Part shown: piece by piece, positions 49,934 through 62,270 of the stretch | How the letters are laid out: every line of letters begins with the position of its first letter | How positions within the stretch are numbered: the first letter of the stretch is position 1 | Made by a program: the position numbers and the translations under genes | Notes under the pieces: generated by a model | The model's input: only the letters and a program-made list of their open reading frames with translations | Databases searched by the model: none | What the model was told of the DNA's origin: nothing | Source of the DNA: Cirrosporium novae-zelandiae | Taxonomy: Eukaryota | Assembly: GCA_026023565.1 (NCBI GenBank) | Contig: JAPETS010000017.1 | Coordinates: forward strand, 1-64,000 | Direction: 5' to 3' | DNA: 64,000 nt

Positions 49934-50373
49934 TGATGAAGAGGTACATCTGGGTTCCCCTCGTTGAGCATACGGCTAAAGAGCTGGGACGAAGGATTTG
50001 GGATAAAAGGAGGAAAGGAGCCATAAAAGGCACAGACTGTGAAAAATATCATGATTACGGTTGAAGTGTGCCGGGCCTTGAAGAATTTGGGTTGTTCCAT
50101 GCAGATGAGGATGTAATGGATTCGGTGTTATCGGGCACAACAATGTCCATCGATGATCATTTTCAGAGTTAGACTCAAACCAATTGAACAACGGTTTTAG
50201 GCTTTAGTACTTAAATATTACCGGCACTAGTCAAAACTCACCGTCGGACCGTTTTGTTCACCGTTGTCACTTATTAATCAACATGGCCATGACAACCAAT
50301 ATATGTACAGTACATGTCCAGTACATGTACAGTACACATCCGTTCCTAAACTAGCCTCAATTCATCATCATTT

Positions 50374-51930
50374 CTATTCCCCGCGAAGATATTCTTTTAC
50401 CTCCTTTCCCCAGACCACTCCCCTCTTATAGAACCACATCTGACTCACACTCCCAGTCCTCAATCCATCAATAGCTTCGGCCAACACTTCCCCACTCCCC
50501 TCCTCTTTTACATCTGAGATCGGATACAGATAAGTATGGAATCCAAAGACCAACGCTTTAGTCTCCGGGAGACGATGGAGAGTCTGTCGTTCCACCCGCA
50601 GTCGAGTTTGAGAAATATCAACAGAAGCGTCAGGGATCTCTTCACCTTCATACAAATGATTTCCCGATGGGGAGAAAAGGTTGGTATGTGTAGTGATGGA
50701 CCACTGAAAGAGTATCAATTGAGATAAATAAAACAAAAAAGAAACTGGATATAAAATATGCACAAGGGGCAACTGACGTTGACACGTCTGACGATTCGTC
50801 CGACCTCGAGTCTCGAGAAGAAGCGATCCATAGATTTTTCGAGTTTGGCTTTATACCCGGGAACTGGCGTCTGCAAAACGCCACTTGGTTATCTCCTCGT
50901 TACACAATGCATCACCGTTGGCAATAAGCTAGAAGTTCTAACAAAGCCAGCGCAGCCTTGTTTTGGGCTGTTCACTGGGAATTCCCCTGCCATATACATA
51001 AGTAAAACAAAAAAACTTACATGAATATCCCTCAACTTTTTCCCGAATTTTTCTCTAGTATCAAAACCTGAAGGATAACAATTTACAAAGGCTTCCAACA
51101 CATATTGATCGCCATCTTCAGATTCCAGAAGAATTAAGAAATCCTCATCTACAGTCATCCCAATTGCTTTAAGGGTCTCTATGGGATCCTTGTATGGGGA
51201 AGTTGGATAGACCGATCCAGTGACAAGATTGTGCAGCATTTCTTGCTTTTCAGAAGAAGCGAGTTGGAACATGGTTGGATACCGCGTTGGAAGGAATTTG
51301 GACATGAGGTAGGTGTAGAGTTCATTGATGGCAGGTACCGAACGCGCGTTGTATCTGAGTGTGTTATCAGGAACCTCGTTGAATAACTTATTGCGCAATT
51401 CCAGGCGCTCTTCATAGGTCTTGTCAATCAGAAGAAGCTCAGACGTTTCACAATTTTCAAGACCTATTTCAAACCGCCTCTACCCGAGATCTCGGGTGAA
51501 GCAGAGGGGAGAATTAGATAATGCGCAATCTTTCCAATTGTAATGAACTTGATTGAGCAGTGACATACCCATAGACATATGATACTTTGGCTTAAAAGGT
51601 CTGAACTTGGGTACCGGAGCTGTACGCCAATCGAAGTCGAGAAGGGGTTCAATTGGGGTTGAATAAACCTTTTCCTTCAATGGCTGCGAGCTTTGTGGTG
51701 TTGATACTTGGGGTTTTGCATTGCGCTGTTAAAGCATCACCTAATTAGTTCGGGTTTGCATGCATCTCAACCGTTTCTCAATTGATTCGTGTAGATCCGC
51801 TAATGAGAACAGTAATCATCCTTACTCGTCTATTATAAAGAAACACCATTGATCCCATCAGGGAGATAAACACGGCATATACAAGCCATGAAGAGAGGCA
51901 TGAGTGAGAAATGGAACGTGGAAGAATCAT
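50374..51930 (-). CDS. DUF3445 / heme-dependent oxidative N-demethylase alpha-subunit-like protein, 5 exons
   Basis: RPFKPKYHMSMG, VDEDFLIL, CYPSGF, IHTPVPGYK...SMDRFFSRL, RRVNWSI, RLRVERQTLHRLP, FGFHTYLYP, plus an N-terminal hydrophobic segment. Confidence 0.88.
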
Positions 51931-52380
51931 GATGAATGCTCCTATGTGAATAAAAATGCAATAATGATTTGTTCAAAATGTACACAGAGAATAAATAAAA
52001 AAGAGTCATCTGCAATGGGGAAGACAATAATAGACAAGTTTTATCTCGGCAAATGATGATAATGATAATGGGCTTTGATTCCGTGTTGATGGACGGAGAA
52101 GCCCATACCGGATAAAGTGACCAGATTTGGATTAGCGTGGCGATAAGACGAGTTTGCTCCGAAAAGTAAAAACATTTACATTGTTTGTTTGTTTGCTTCC
52201 TCCACTTTTCACCTCATGTGAAGAACCAATCATTGAGTGTCTGTTATTTCGCCCACTTATAATCCCGAGTCCTAAATAATTCTGCGTGTCTCATCCATCT
52301 CCAAGCTAACCGCCATCCATACATTATTCGCTTTCACAATTTCCTCCCACAGTATCAGCGCTGTATCAAGAGTGGTTAAT

Positions 52381-53105
52381 TTAGACATAATTCAACAGAG
52401 GTCGCCTTGTCCGCTGATCTCGCTCGTGTTGCGGGTCGACAAGTCGACCAGCTCCGAGGAAGTCGTAGAGAACCCAGAGCTTATGTTTTCGGAGATGATC
52501 ACCGCTTGGAGGTGAATCTCTTGGATGCAACCCCATGAGTGCTCGAGCGTCATATGGTAGTCGATAGGATTGTAATATCCGATCCAGTTGTGTAGCTACT
52601 CGGATTAGTATCAGAGAATCGATGCGGGACCCTAGAGTCTCACTGTCTAGTAGTTTGAAATCCTCAACTGTCCGGGGTGTCTTGAAGTCCGCTGGAAAGC
52701 TCCCATCCTTGCACATCATTGGGTGAAGTTGTGAATAAAGTGATCGAGAGCTCAGGAGGTGATTCGCCAGAGCAGCTGCGAGATTTGTTCTGTTGGCGAA
52801 TGTGTTAATATTCTCTACTTCTGTTCCGAGGACAATCAGAGAGCCAACCTTCTGACCAGCTCGTCGATAGGCATCAACGGCGGCATTCCGTAGACTTCGG
52901 ATTCATTGGGAACGGGACCGAATGGGGATCTGGGTCGGGGGTATGATCCATAACCGGTGAAATAGTCAGGCTCTAGATGACTTAGCCTGCTAGCATGCTC
53001 GAAGCTGGTTGTGACATCTTGCCCAGAAAATTGACGAGGATCGACGGCATAAGGTGTCGTGGGCATTGACCTGTAGCCCTCACTAAGGAAAGGTCGTGCG
53101 TTCAT
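52381..53105 (-). CDS. Hypothetical protein; C-terminal part loosely resembles a Mug135-like domain
   Basis: The ORFs at 52836-53195 and 52381-52719 can be joined by a GT-AG intron. Segment: FKTPRTVEDFKLLD..QLDRILQSYRLP...LYDFLGA. Confidence 0.6.
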
Positions 53106-54117
53106 GATACAAGTCTTGTAGATCTCAGGTACAGAAATATAACAAGTTGGTTTGAATTTTGTAGTCGGATTATCAAGATTGGAGTGTGGAAGCAAAATAC
53201 GGATGGATACTGAAGTCGAACAAGGTCTTTATTAGGAGACGGTCGAACGCTTCAGCATTTCAATGTTCATCACACTTGCTGAACATAGCAACTACTGTGA
53301 GGCTAGCACATCAAGCACAGTAGCACAATTCAGTCAAACAACCCACACACATACACCGCCGGGGTATCCTACCCCTAACTTTGCTGTCATTACACAGCAG
53401 CCAGCCTCCAGCGTTGGGCATCTTCGGAGCAAACGGCGACCTGCAGGATGAGGTACTCCTCAGCTGCTGCCTTCCACATTAGATGAGTATTACCCAGAGG
53501 CGAATGTACACAAAAGGCAAGTAAGCAAGATCTAGAATTCCGAATGCGCCGACCAAACTTCGCCCGTGTTCGCTTGCGACCATGCCTTGGGTAACGATCA
53601 CCTGGGATGAAAACAGCACAAAACATCAAATCTGCATCTAACAGTCCAATGTCAAAGTTACAGTCAAGCCAAACTCGCATTGAGAATCCCTAATCGCCTT
53701 AAATGGAGATGTCTGAATCGCTTCTGCAGATGTTTGCATGTAAGATTACCAAGGACTAAAATGTGGTATATGGCCGCCCTCAATCAAGGTTCATAAGGCT
53801 CATGTCCTCCTTCTACTGAGACCTGAGGTTGTTTGATAGAAATTTGCTATCTGTGGCTGATATCGCTGTCAAAGGAAATTGTTTCCCTAGCCCACCTTCA
53901 AAGGAATGAATGTTGGAGGCCGCACTCCCGCAGATCTTATTATCGACGCTATACTGAGATCGAGAATCGCATGGAGCCAGCCGAACTCCAGTCTTCAGTC
54001 ATGTTGTCGTGGCACGGTTGCAACAAACAATCGAGGGGGTACCCATATAGCGGTTCTTATCGCTCGTTTCTTGGTCGGAATCGGCGTCGTCTGTCCAAAA
54101 ATTAAGCCTTGCTGTCG

Positions 54118-54475
54118 TCATTCTGCTTTACCAACAGGAGTAATTGGGCGGCTTAGGCTGAAAGTTCTGGGTCTACCATTTGGGCGTTCTGATAAGCTTG
54201 GTGCTCTCGGTCGCTGTCTCCCTCTTGCGCGACCTCCAATGACGGGAATTTCATAGGTCAAAGCTCTCCACAGATAGAGTAGGAGATCGTAGGAAAGTAA
54301 AAGGGCCCAAGGTCCGATAGTTAGCATGCCGAGGAGAAGCTATCGGAGGGGGGGGGGATGGTAATTAGTGTTTTTTGTTACTTTTTGAAGGTGATGTGAT
54401 GAGACTTACGAAAAAGTTGACGAGCCATGTTTCGAGCTGAGTGAGCTCCGCAGGTAACAGAGAAAGCCAGGACAT
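54118..54475 (-). CDS. Small conserved fungal membrane protein, 2 exons
   Basis: MSWLSLLPAELTQLETWLVNFF|LLLGMLTIGPWALLLSYDLLLYLWR...GGRARGRQRPRAPSL, with a GTAAGT..TAG intron. Confidence 0.75.
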
Positions 54476-55283
54476 ATTGTGGATTTTAATTTGTTGGAGT
54501 TTGGAAGTGTTGGGTGTGTGGGTATCAGATGGGGGACCTGGGAAGGAAAATGGAAGAAATGAAGGAAGGAAGGAAGGAATAACAAGGAGAGGTAGACAAG
54601 TTTATTATCTAAAGGGATACTATTTGAAGCTCCCCCTAGACATTTATTGAAGGCTGAGGGCTTGAGAGGGCTTTTCACGGGCTGAAAGGGTTGAGAAGGT
54701 TGACCATGTAACGGGTTACACGGAAGACTGATAGCCGATGACTTTCATCAGAGTGCCCAGGGCCCAGGGGACACAGGGAGGCCTCAGTGTTCCCTAATGA
54801 AACAAGAATTGTCCACGACTCACGACCTGCCCACTTCTAAATCTGAACAGCCGAAATTTCAATAATTATGCAATCAATCTAAGGAAAGAAAAAAAAAGAC
54901 TTGGGTTGACACGACGTTGCACTGGGAGACGTTGAGAGATTTATACGTATTTGTTTTTGTTATTTCAAAATGCAATTCTAGTGGCCCCATGGTCCATGCT
55001 CTAGCCCCAATTCTCATCGCTTTCCCATCAATTGGACAAATAACCCATTCCACCACCCCATTACACACCACCTACTATGCTCCTATTATCCTCCTAATGC
55101 TATGTCGCTATTGCACGCCCGCCCCCCCGAAGCCCACAATGCCCCTCCCCCCCCCCCCAATACCCCCCCAATACCCCCCCCTCTCCATTCCAAAAACTTT
55201 ATCGCCTTTTCTCCAACGCCCGCTTAAAATAACTACACAGAAAAAAAAAAAAAAACACCCTAGGTATTTGACTTCTCAAATAT

Positions 55284-58272
55284 CTAGTGCCGTGCACTTC
55301 TGAAATAATCATAAGACATGGGATCATCTTGTCCAACCGGTCCATATCCCGGCCTGCCGGGTCTCCATCTGTTCATACTAATCTGTTCCCCCGCTGTCGT
55401 TTCTGGCATCGCTTGAGCACTAGTCAATAATGCTGCATCGTCACTCGTGCTATCATTTGCTTGGTTATATCCTGTTCTTGATACTCCCAGGTCTCCATAA
55501 GGCGAGTTCATGTCCCGCAGCGCTGGGTGGTCCCGATAGGCGGGGTCGTAAGGATTGATCGGAACATTGGGAATAGGAGAAGATGCTCGCGAAGATGATG
55601 GAGAATCGTTGGTACTCCCCATAAAAGTTCGTGCAGTGCTCGGTCGATCTGATATGAGATCCTCCGGTTTTCCAAATATACCACCACCTCCATGATCATC
55701 GGCAAATTCTTGCCGGTTCTTGTAATAAGAAAAGTCGAGCTGGCTTTCAGGCACAATCTCAAATGGCGCATTGGGCGCAGTAGACGCAAACCTGGCCGCT
55801 TTGCCTGGTTCCGTCTGCGACATTTGCTCCAAGGCAACATCTGAATACCCAGTCCCATTATTCTCTCCCGCATCCAATCGTCCTCTGTAAACTTGCCCTA
55901 AAACATGCTGGGCCTTGGCATGCACCATCGGTGTGATCAGAGGCTTATATAAGCCCGGATGCCCAAATCTTGTGGCTATCTTACTGCTACCCTTGCTCGC
56001 CGTTCTTTCAGAGTCCTCCACAATATCTGCCTTGTTATAGTACTTGCATCCGGCATCGAATGTCTTGACACAATACCACTTAAATCCCAATATGAGTATT
56101 GGTAAAGGAAGGAGGGCAAAGAGCATTGACCAGGTGGCCCTGGGCGTGATGATCAGGGCCACAATACAATTGGCAAGCAATATGGCAAACAACATCCTGT
56201 TAAATAGATGCCGCCAAAATTGTCCACCGGATTCCGTCTTCGTTACACAGACGTACAGTAGGATATACTTCTTCAGCACAGAATCAAATGAGAAATATAA
56301 TGCAGTCACAGGCAGGACAATTGGTTGAAGTGTCGCAAAACATAATGCAACCGTTGCGTAGAATAAAAAGTAGTTGTAGTAAGGAGCATAGTCAAAGGGG
56401 GGTGGGGCAGTCCATTCTATCCACTGTCTTGGTGTTGGGTGCATAAAGGTTCTCGCAAACCAGGCCCGTGTGAGGCCAAAGAGCTGTGCAAGATCCGCTG
56501 CAGCTCCGAGGTTTCTTTGTAGAAGCCAGGTAATCCAGAAAGGCGAGACCGTACAAAGAGTAGTCATAATCTTTGTAAAGATGTCTCCATCTTTAAGGGC
56601 CTCGAAAACATCCTGATCATTATCCCTCGCGTTGATAACAGCTGACACGAATTGCCAAATTGCCGAGAACAGAGAGAAAACGATCAGATTATTGAACACA
56701 AAGAAGGCATAAAGTTGGTGGAGGACATGCTTTTCTCGATTGGTCTTGGTCATATCACCAGAGCGAATTGCAAGCCGCCGGAAGATGATTGGCAAAAGAA
56801 GGTAGATAAGTGAGGTGATTGCGGGAGATAGAACACCTTGGACAGCAGCCCAGGTTTTTGGATTGGCATTCAATTGTGTCTGAAATGCCTGCCAAACTGA
56901 CCCTAGATTGTTCAGGTTGGCCAAGAATACCGCTATCAAAGCGTTAGGTACAATCCATACGATTGTTAGCAATGCCACCCAGATACCAGTGACAAACCGC
57001 TTCCAACGACGATTTTTTGTTGTAAGTGACAGGTTATCCCAGATCAGGTCGTTAGGCCTTGTTGCCAAAACAATCGTTGTTCCCTGGGGATGCTTTCTTC
57101 GAGCATTGAAAGCCACGGCATGAGCATCTATAATCCTCCCCCAGCTTGCAAATCCATAAGGCATTGCATTGCGTTTATCAATCGTTTCACGGGTGTCTTT
57201 TATCCGTGCCTCAAGTTGGCTGATCTGTTCGGTGAGAAACTCAATGGCATCAACCTGCTGGCCCTTCCTGACTCCACGGCGGACCTTAGTTGTTGGTCGG
57301 GTCGCTGGTAAGTTATCAGGCTTCTTTAGATATTTAGAAAGAACGGCTTCCAATTCGCGCACTGTCTCATCATGCTGCTCAATGAGTTCGGGCAATTCTT
57401 TCACATTACGCCCAATGACCGCTCTGGGAACTCCGGACGTCGGGTTGACCTCGTCTGCAATTCGTAGAATTCCTTCATCTGTTCGGTGGGATTTGGGTAT
57501 TTCAGTAATCTGAGAATAGTTAGTGGCAGTGTACAATATACAACCCAGCTCCAGAGGGTCTCACCATCAAGGTCCGTGCATGTAAACTCCGCTGATACTC
57601 AGGACTCTCAAAATGCTGTTTCCTCAGTCTTTTTACAGATCTGTAGTTCCACCAAAGAAGCCCCATGACGCAAATATCAAATAGCCAAGAACAAACCACA
57701 TGGCTCCAGAGTGCTGTACCCCACACATTCAATGGTGTCATTAACAGGAGATTTCCATTCGAAATAGAAGTCGAGTATGAGGATTCAAAGTTTTCGTTAT
57801 TGATAATATTAATAGGAATCATTATCCCACAGCCAAAGATTGTCATGATCAAGAATAGGTTTCGTAGCATTTTGGTAAAGCGAAGGAATATGGCTGCATC
57901 GAGGCCGGCCTTGGAAATGACTTCCTGCTCCTTAGTCGTATAGAGGGGTTTAACCCAGGAAAACACTCCTCGACCGAGCGGTGGTGGCGCATGTTTATCG
58001 TCTGCATGTTTGAGCTTGGGCGCATAAACGACGTTGTGGTAAGGACGTATGAAGGAGAAGGCTAGACCGATGAGCAGACTGACTCCGATTGAAGTTCCAA
58101 GGGCCGTCCAGAAAGCATTTTGTTGAAACTGTAGATGTTATCAGTACATGTTTTTCTTGGTTTGAACTGAACGTACCGAAGCTGCAAAAGGGTCTTGAAT
58201 TAGGTTCAGGAGCTGATTGACTCCGTCCGACGTCGCCCGGTTCTTCAACAGCAGTCGGAAGCTGGAAGACAT
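55284..58272 (-). CDS. CSC1/OSCA/TMEM63 (DUF221, Rsn1-like) calcium-permeable channel, 3 exons
   Basis: VVYAPKLK, GLDAAIFLRF, ARTLM, RPNDLIWDNL, YAFFVFNNLIVF, PPPFDYA and ESGGQFW motifs. Confidence 0.95.
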
Positions 58273-59693
58273 TCCTGGGAGAATATGATGGAGGTCCTTT
58301 GGAAAAGATGTTATGGAAACAATGGTTTCTACACGTTCAAGCGGTTAATCCTGTGGCCATGGGGTCTGATATATTCTAATCGCTTAAACGGTTTTAAAAG
58401 ACGGGAGGTGCAAAAACGAGGGACAAAGAAGTTTCATCCAAACAACGGGATGATTCAAGCGTTGTAAGGGATGGGGGGAACTTAAAGATAAGGTGACACT
58501 TGCAGAGGCAGAGGAGAGAAAAACCAAAGCATCACCATAGGGTTTGGGGAGTTTTGATACGGGATAATTCTTGGGGGTTCTCATGAATACACTATCGCTG
58601 GGCATGGTTGGGGTCGCGCATGATACTAATCGCTTTGTTTCCGTCATTTTTGTGGGACCCTTGGCTAAGAATAGTATTCTTTGAGGAAGCTTAAGACGAA
58701 CTTTCGAGCTCCAACACCACTCAAAAGATTCCATTTCATCCCAGGAACACGAAGCTTACAGCAAGACACAGCCCTTTGCTACAAAGTTATGATAGTACAC
58801 GTCCATGGTACCTCTGGAACCTCCCTGAACGATGCCGGAACTTAACCTTGGTATTACTTCAGGCCGAACTGCTACCGCCTTTCGCTTCGAGGTGCTACCC
58901 TCCCTAGATAATAGTTAGTCTAGTGCTCATATTTTTGATATCTATCTAATATCTAGTCACAATAGTCTAATTGATTTGTGCGCGCCCCCTTTTAGTTTAG
59001 CTTGAGCATTATTGCACATCACCTCGGTTAAATCAGAGCTTGCCAAGACAGAATAGGCCTAGCGTACGTATCCACGGTATCCCAAGCTAAGTCTTGGTTC
59101 CAGATGCCAGGGTGACATTAGTTAGATCGATTATGCATAAAGCTTTTATGCAATCACCACTTTCCTACTAAGGACTACTTTAATGGAAGATCAAATTACC
59201 CTCCTTGATGATGATGAGGATAATGATTAAATTTTTATGTCTGCATGTCGCTTTAAGAGCTATGACGGACAAGGCTTCGGGGCTTACAGCCTAAGCTTTG
59301 GACCCTTCTGCGTCCCCTTACGGGTATGCCTTTAACTTAAGAGTGGTGGTTGGGGGCCCCCTAGGTAAACTTAACTTATAAGGCCTGTCTACCTACCACC
59401 TTTGTTCCAACGCTTCGAATAATGCTCAGTGAGGCTCTTATCTAGGTGTATAACTTGGTGTGGATTGGATGACTTAAGGTCTAGAATCTAAGGTGCAAGG
59501 CTCAGGGATATAGAAGCCTGAGGCATACATGTGGCTTAGCATCCGTAACAACCTTCAATCCTTCCGACTACGTCAAAAAAGGATACTGATCCCAATCAAT
59601 TTCTTCAAACTATCGTTTCCCTATGGTGCGTAATGCGTTAATCCAACATAACAATCTCATAATGCCTTTCTAATGGGCTATTGTCAACTTTTT

Positions 59694-61079
59694 TCATAGT
59701 TTGCCGTCGGTATTGAAATCCACCAGTGCCTCTTTGACGCGATCCCGCATCGTTTCTTCTCCCTTGCGTACCCACACTCTTGGGTCGTAGAACTTCTTGT
59801 TTGGCTTATCTGCACCATCTGGGTTACCGACCTGCTGCATGAGATAATCTTTCTTGCTGAGAACATAATCTCGAATTCCTGTGAGATATGCCCACTGAAG
59901 GTCTGTGTCCACATTGACCTTCACTACACCGTAAGAGATGGCATCCAAATATTCTTGCTTGCTAGATCCAGATCCTAAAATGAAGGACAAAATGATCAGA
60001 GATTGTAAAGATCGTCATGAGTGCTCAATCATAGAACAGTAGCTTACCTCCGTGGAAGACGAGGAAAACAGGCTTGTCTTCTTTTGCGTTCAATTGTTTC
60101 TTCACATAAGCTTGATGCTTTGCAAGGAGCTCAGGGTGTAACTTGACATTTCCAGGCTTGTACACTAAAAGGGTATTAGTGGATGATGTCATCGGGGAAA
60201 GGTGGTGAGCTCACCTCCGTGGACGTTTCCAAAGCCAGCTGCAATGGAGAAATATGGGCTGATCTTTGAGAGAGTGCTATAGATAGTCCAGATGTCTTCG
60301 GGTTGAGTATAGAGAGAGTTATTATCAACATCTTCGTTGTTGACACCATCTTCCTCTCCACCAGTAATTCCAATCTCCATCTCCAGCCATTGCTTCATAG
60401 GAGCAGCCCTTTTCAGGTACTTGGCTGTCGTCTCAATGTTCCACTCGACAGACTCCTCGGAGAGATCAATCATGTGGCTTGAGAAGAGAGGTTCGCCGTG
60501 CTCCTTGAAATACTTTTCATCTGCGTCCAGCATGCCATCGAGCCACGGCAGGAGTTTCTTAGCGCAGTGATCGGTGTGTAAAACTATTGGAATGCCATAG
60601 GCGGGTGCAACTGAACGAATGTAATTGGCACCGGCAACGGCACCAGCAATTGAAGCGGCTTGGTCTCCATTGGCGACGCCCTTGCCGGCAAAATATGCGG
60701 CACCACCTTGACTCATCTGGAGGATTAAAGGAGCTTTCTTATCCCGAGCCGCTTCAAGAGCCGCTACCACGGTGGAAGAAGATGTGACATTGACGGCAGG
60801 AATGGCAAACTGCTTCTCTTGGCAGTAGTTGCTACAAACAAAACTATGAGTCTAGGGCTTCCTTGGTATATATATAAGAAGGAATAGCATACAAGAGCTA
60901 GAAATAGCGACATGTCAGCGAATTCCAAGTTCGCAATAACCAAGGGAAATGTCAGCTTACATTTAGGACATCATCCCCGACAATAACACCAGTCTTCCTT
61001 TCTATACCAGGAAAGTTAGATGAGAAACAGAGGAGATAGAGTTGAGGATAGACAAACTCAGGACGTCTTGGCAACCCAT
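59694..61079 (-). CDS. FBA1: Fructose-bisphosphate aldolase class II, 6 exons including a 5-nt microexon
   Basis: FAIPAVNVTSSST, VLHTDHCAKKLLPWLDG, SSHMIDLSEE, LEMEIGITGGEEDGV, FGNVHG, VFHGGSG, VKVNVDTD, KFYDPRVW. Confidence 0.98.
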
Positions 61080-62270
61080 TTTCAATGATAATTGATGATT
61101 CAGGGTAGATTTCTGTCGCGGGAGTTGGAGAGTAGAGATTTTTCTGTAAAGTAGACGAGGAGCTGTCAGCTTTTTTTTCGGCGACTTGGATATTTTTATG
61201 TATCTATGACTCCGGTTCCACAGGGCGGGGCAGGGTTGGCGCTGAGGGAAGAAACAAGTAAAAAGTGGAGATGATGCCGTCAGAGCAGAACTTACCGTCC
61301 AGGATAATGAGAAGGACCGATATCAAACTGCAAGATGAAGAGGTAAGACCAACTGGATTTTGAAAATGGGATAAAGCTGGATGAAACAAGAAGGAAAGGA
61401 TGAGCGGGGAGATAGGAAGAAGACTTTATGACCACGGGCGGAGGGGTGAATTAGAAGGTGAAAGAAAGCAAAGGTGAAGAAGGAGGGGTTCCAGATTTGG
61501 ATAGCAATTAGACTTGTTAGACTTGGGTCATGTACCACAGTATAGTCCCGCAGTTACAATGCAAGAGCGCAAACGCCTGGTTCCCTCCACCTTGGATAAC
61601 ACAATAAGCCCCGCCGAAAGGCCCACAGGGTCTGTAATGATGAAAAAAAGGCTGACGAAACAAAATGTTGGAAAGGAACTACTTTCTCTAGTTACCCGAG
61701 GTATTTCCTCACAATCTTCTCAACGCCTCACAGCCTCTTACCTCTTCTGTCCGATTTGACCCTAGCAATCTTATTCCCACACCCCGCCCATGCAATCCCC
61801 ACCTCAGTATTTACAACTGACAACTCCTTGGATGTGTGCCCTCATTCTCCTTCAATGGAGACGACATACATTGATCGTAAAGAGTCGTCATTTTTATTTC
61901 CTAGTTATAATAGATAGTATGTGCAAAGTAGCCTTTTATTCCCCCCCTCTTCAGCCACATTCATCAACCGAAGAACGCCTCCAAAGCTCGTCACATGCAT
62001 TGACATCTTTTTAGATTCAACCACCAGGAAATAATCAACATTTCCGATTTTCATGTCTCTCCCGCCTAATTCCGGTTCGACGCCTCAGCGTTCCCCCACG
62101 ATCCGAGAAAGCCCTTTAAAGAAACACCAGAGAAATGTTGTATATACATGCAGTCATGTGCTTCACCGACTCCAAGGCCCTAGCTTTTAGCCTAGCCAGA
62201 TGACTGGACAACCTGAAACCACAAGCATCCGTAGTCAACCATTCAGTCAACCAATAGTCCTGTTAGTCTA

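Noticed and set aside
62060..62100. GGTTCGA T-loop-like word (also near 18958 and 35948)
   Set aside because: No cloverleaf or A box could be built, so no tRNA was called in the window.
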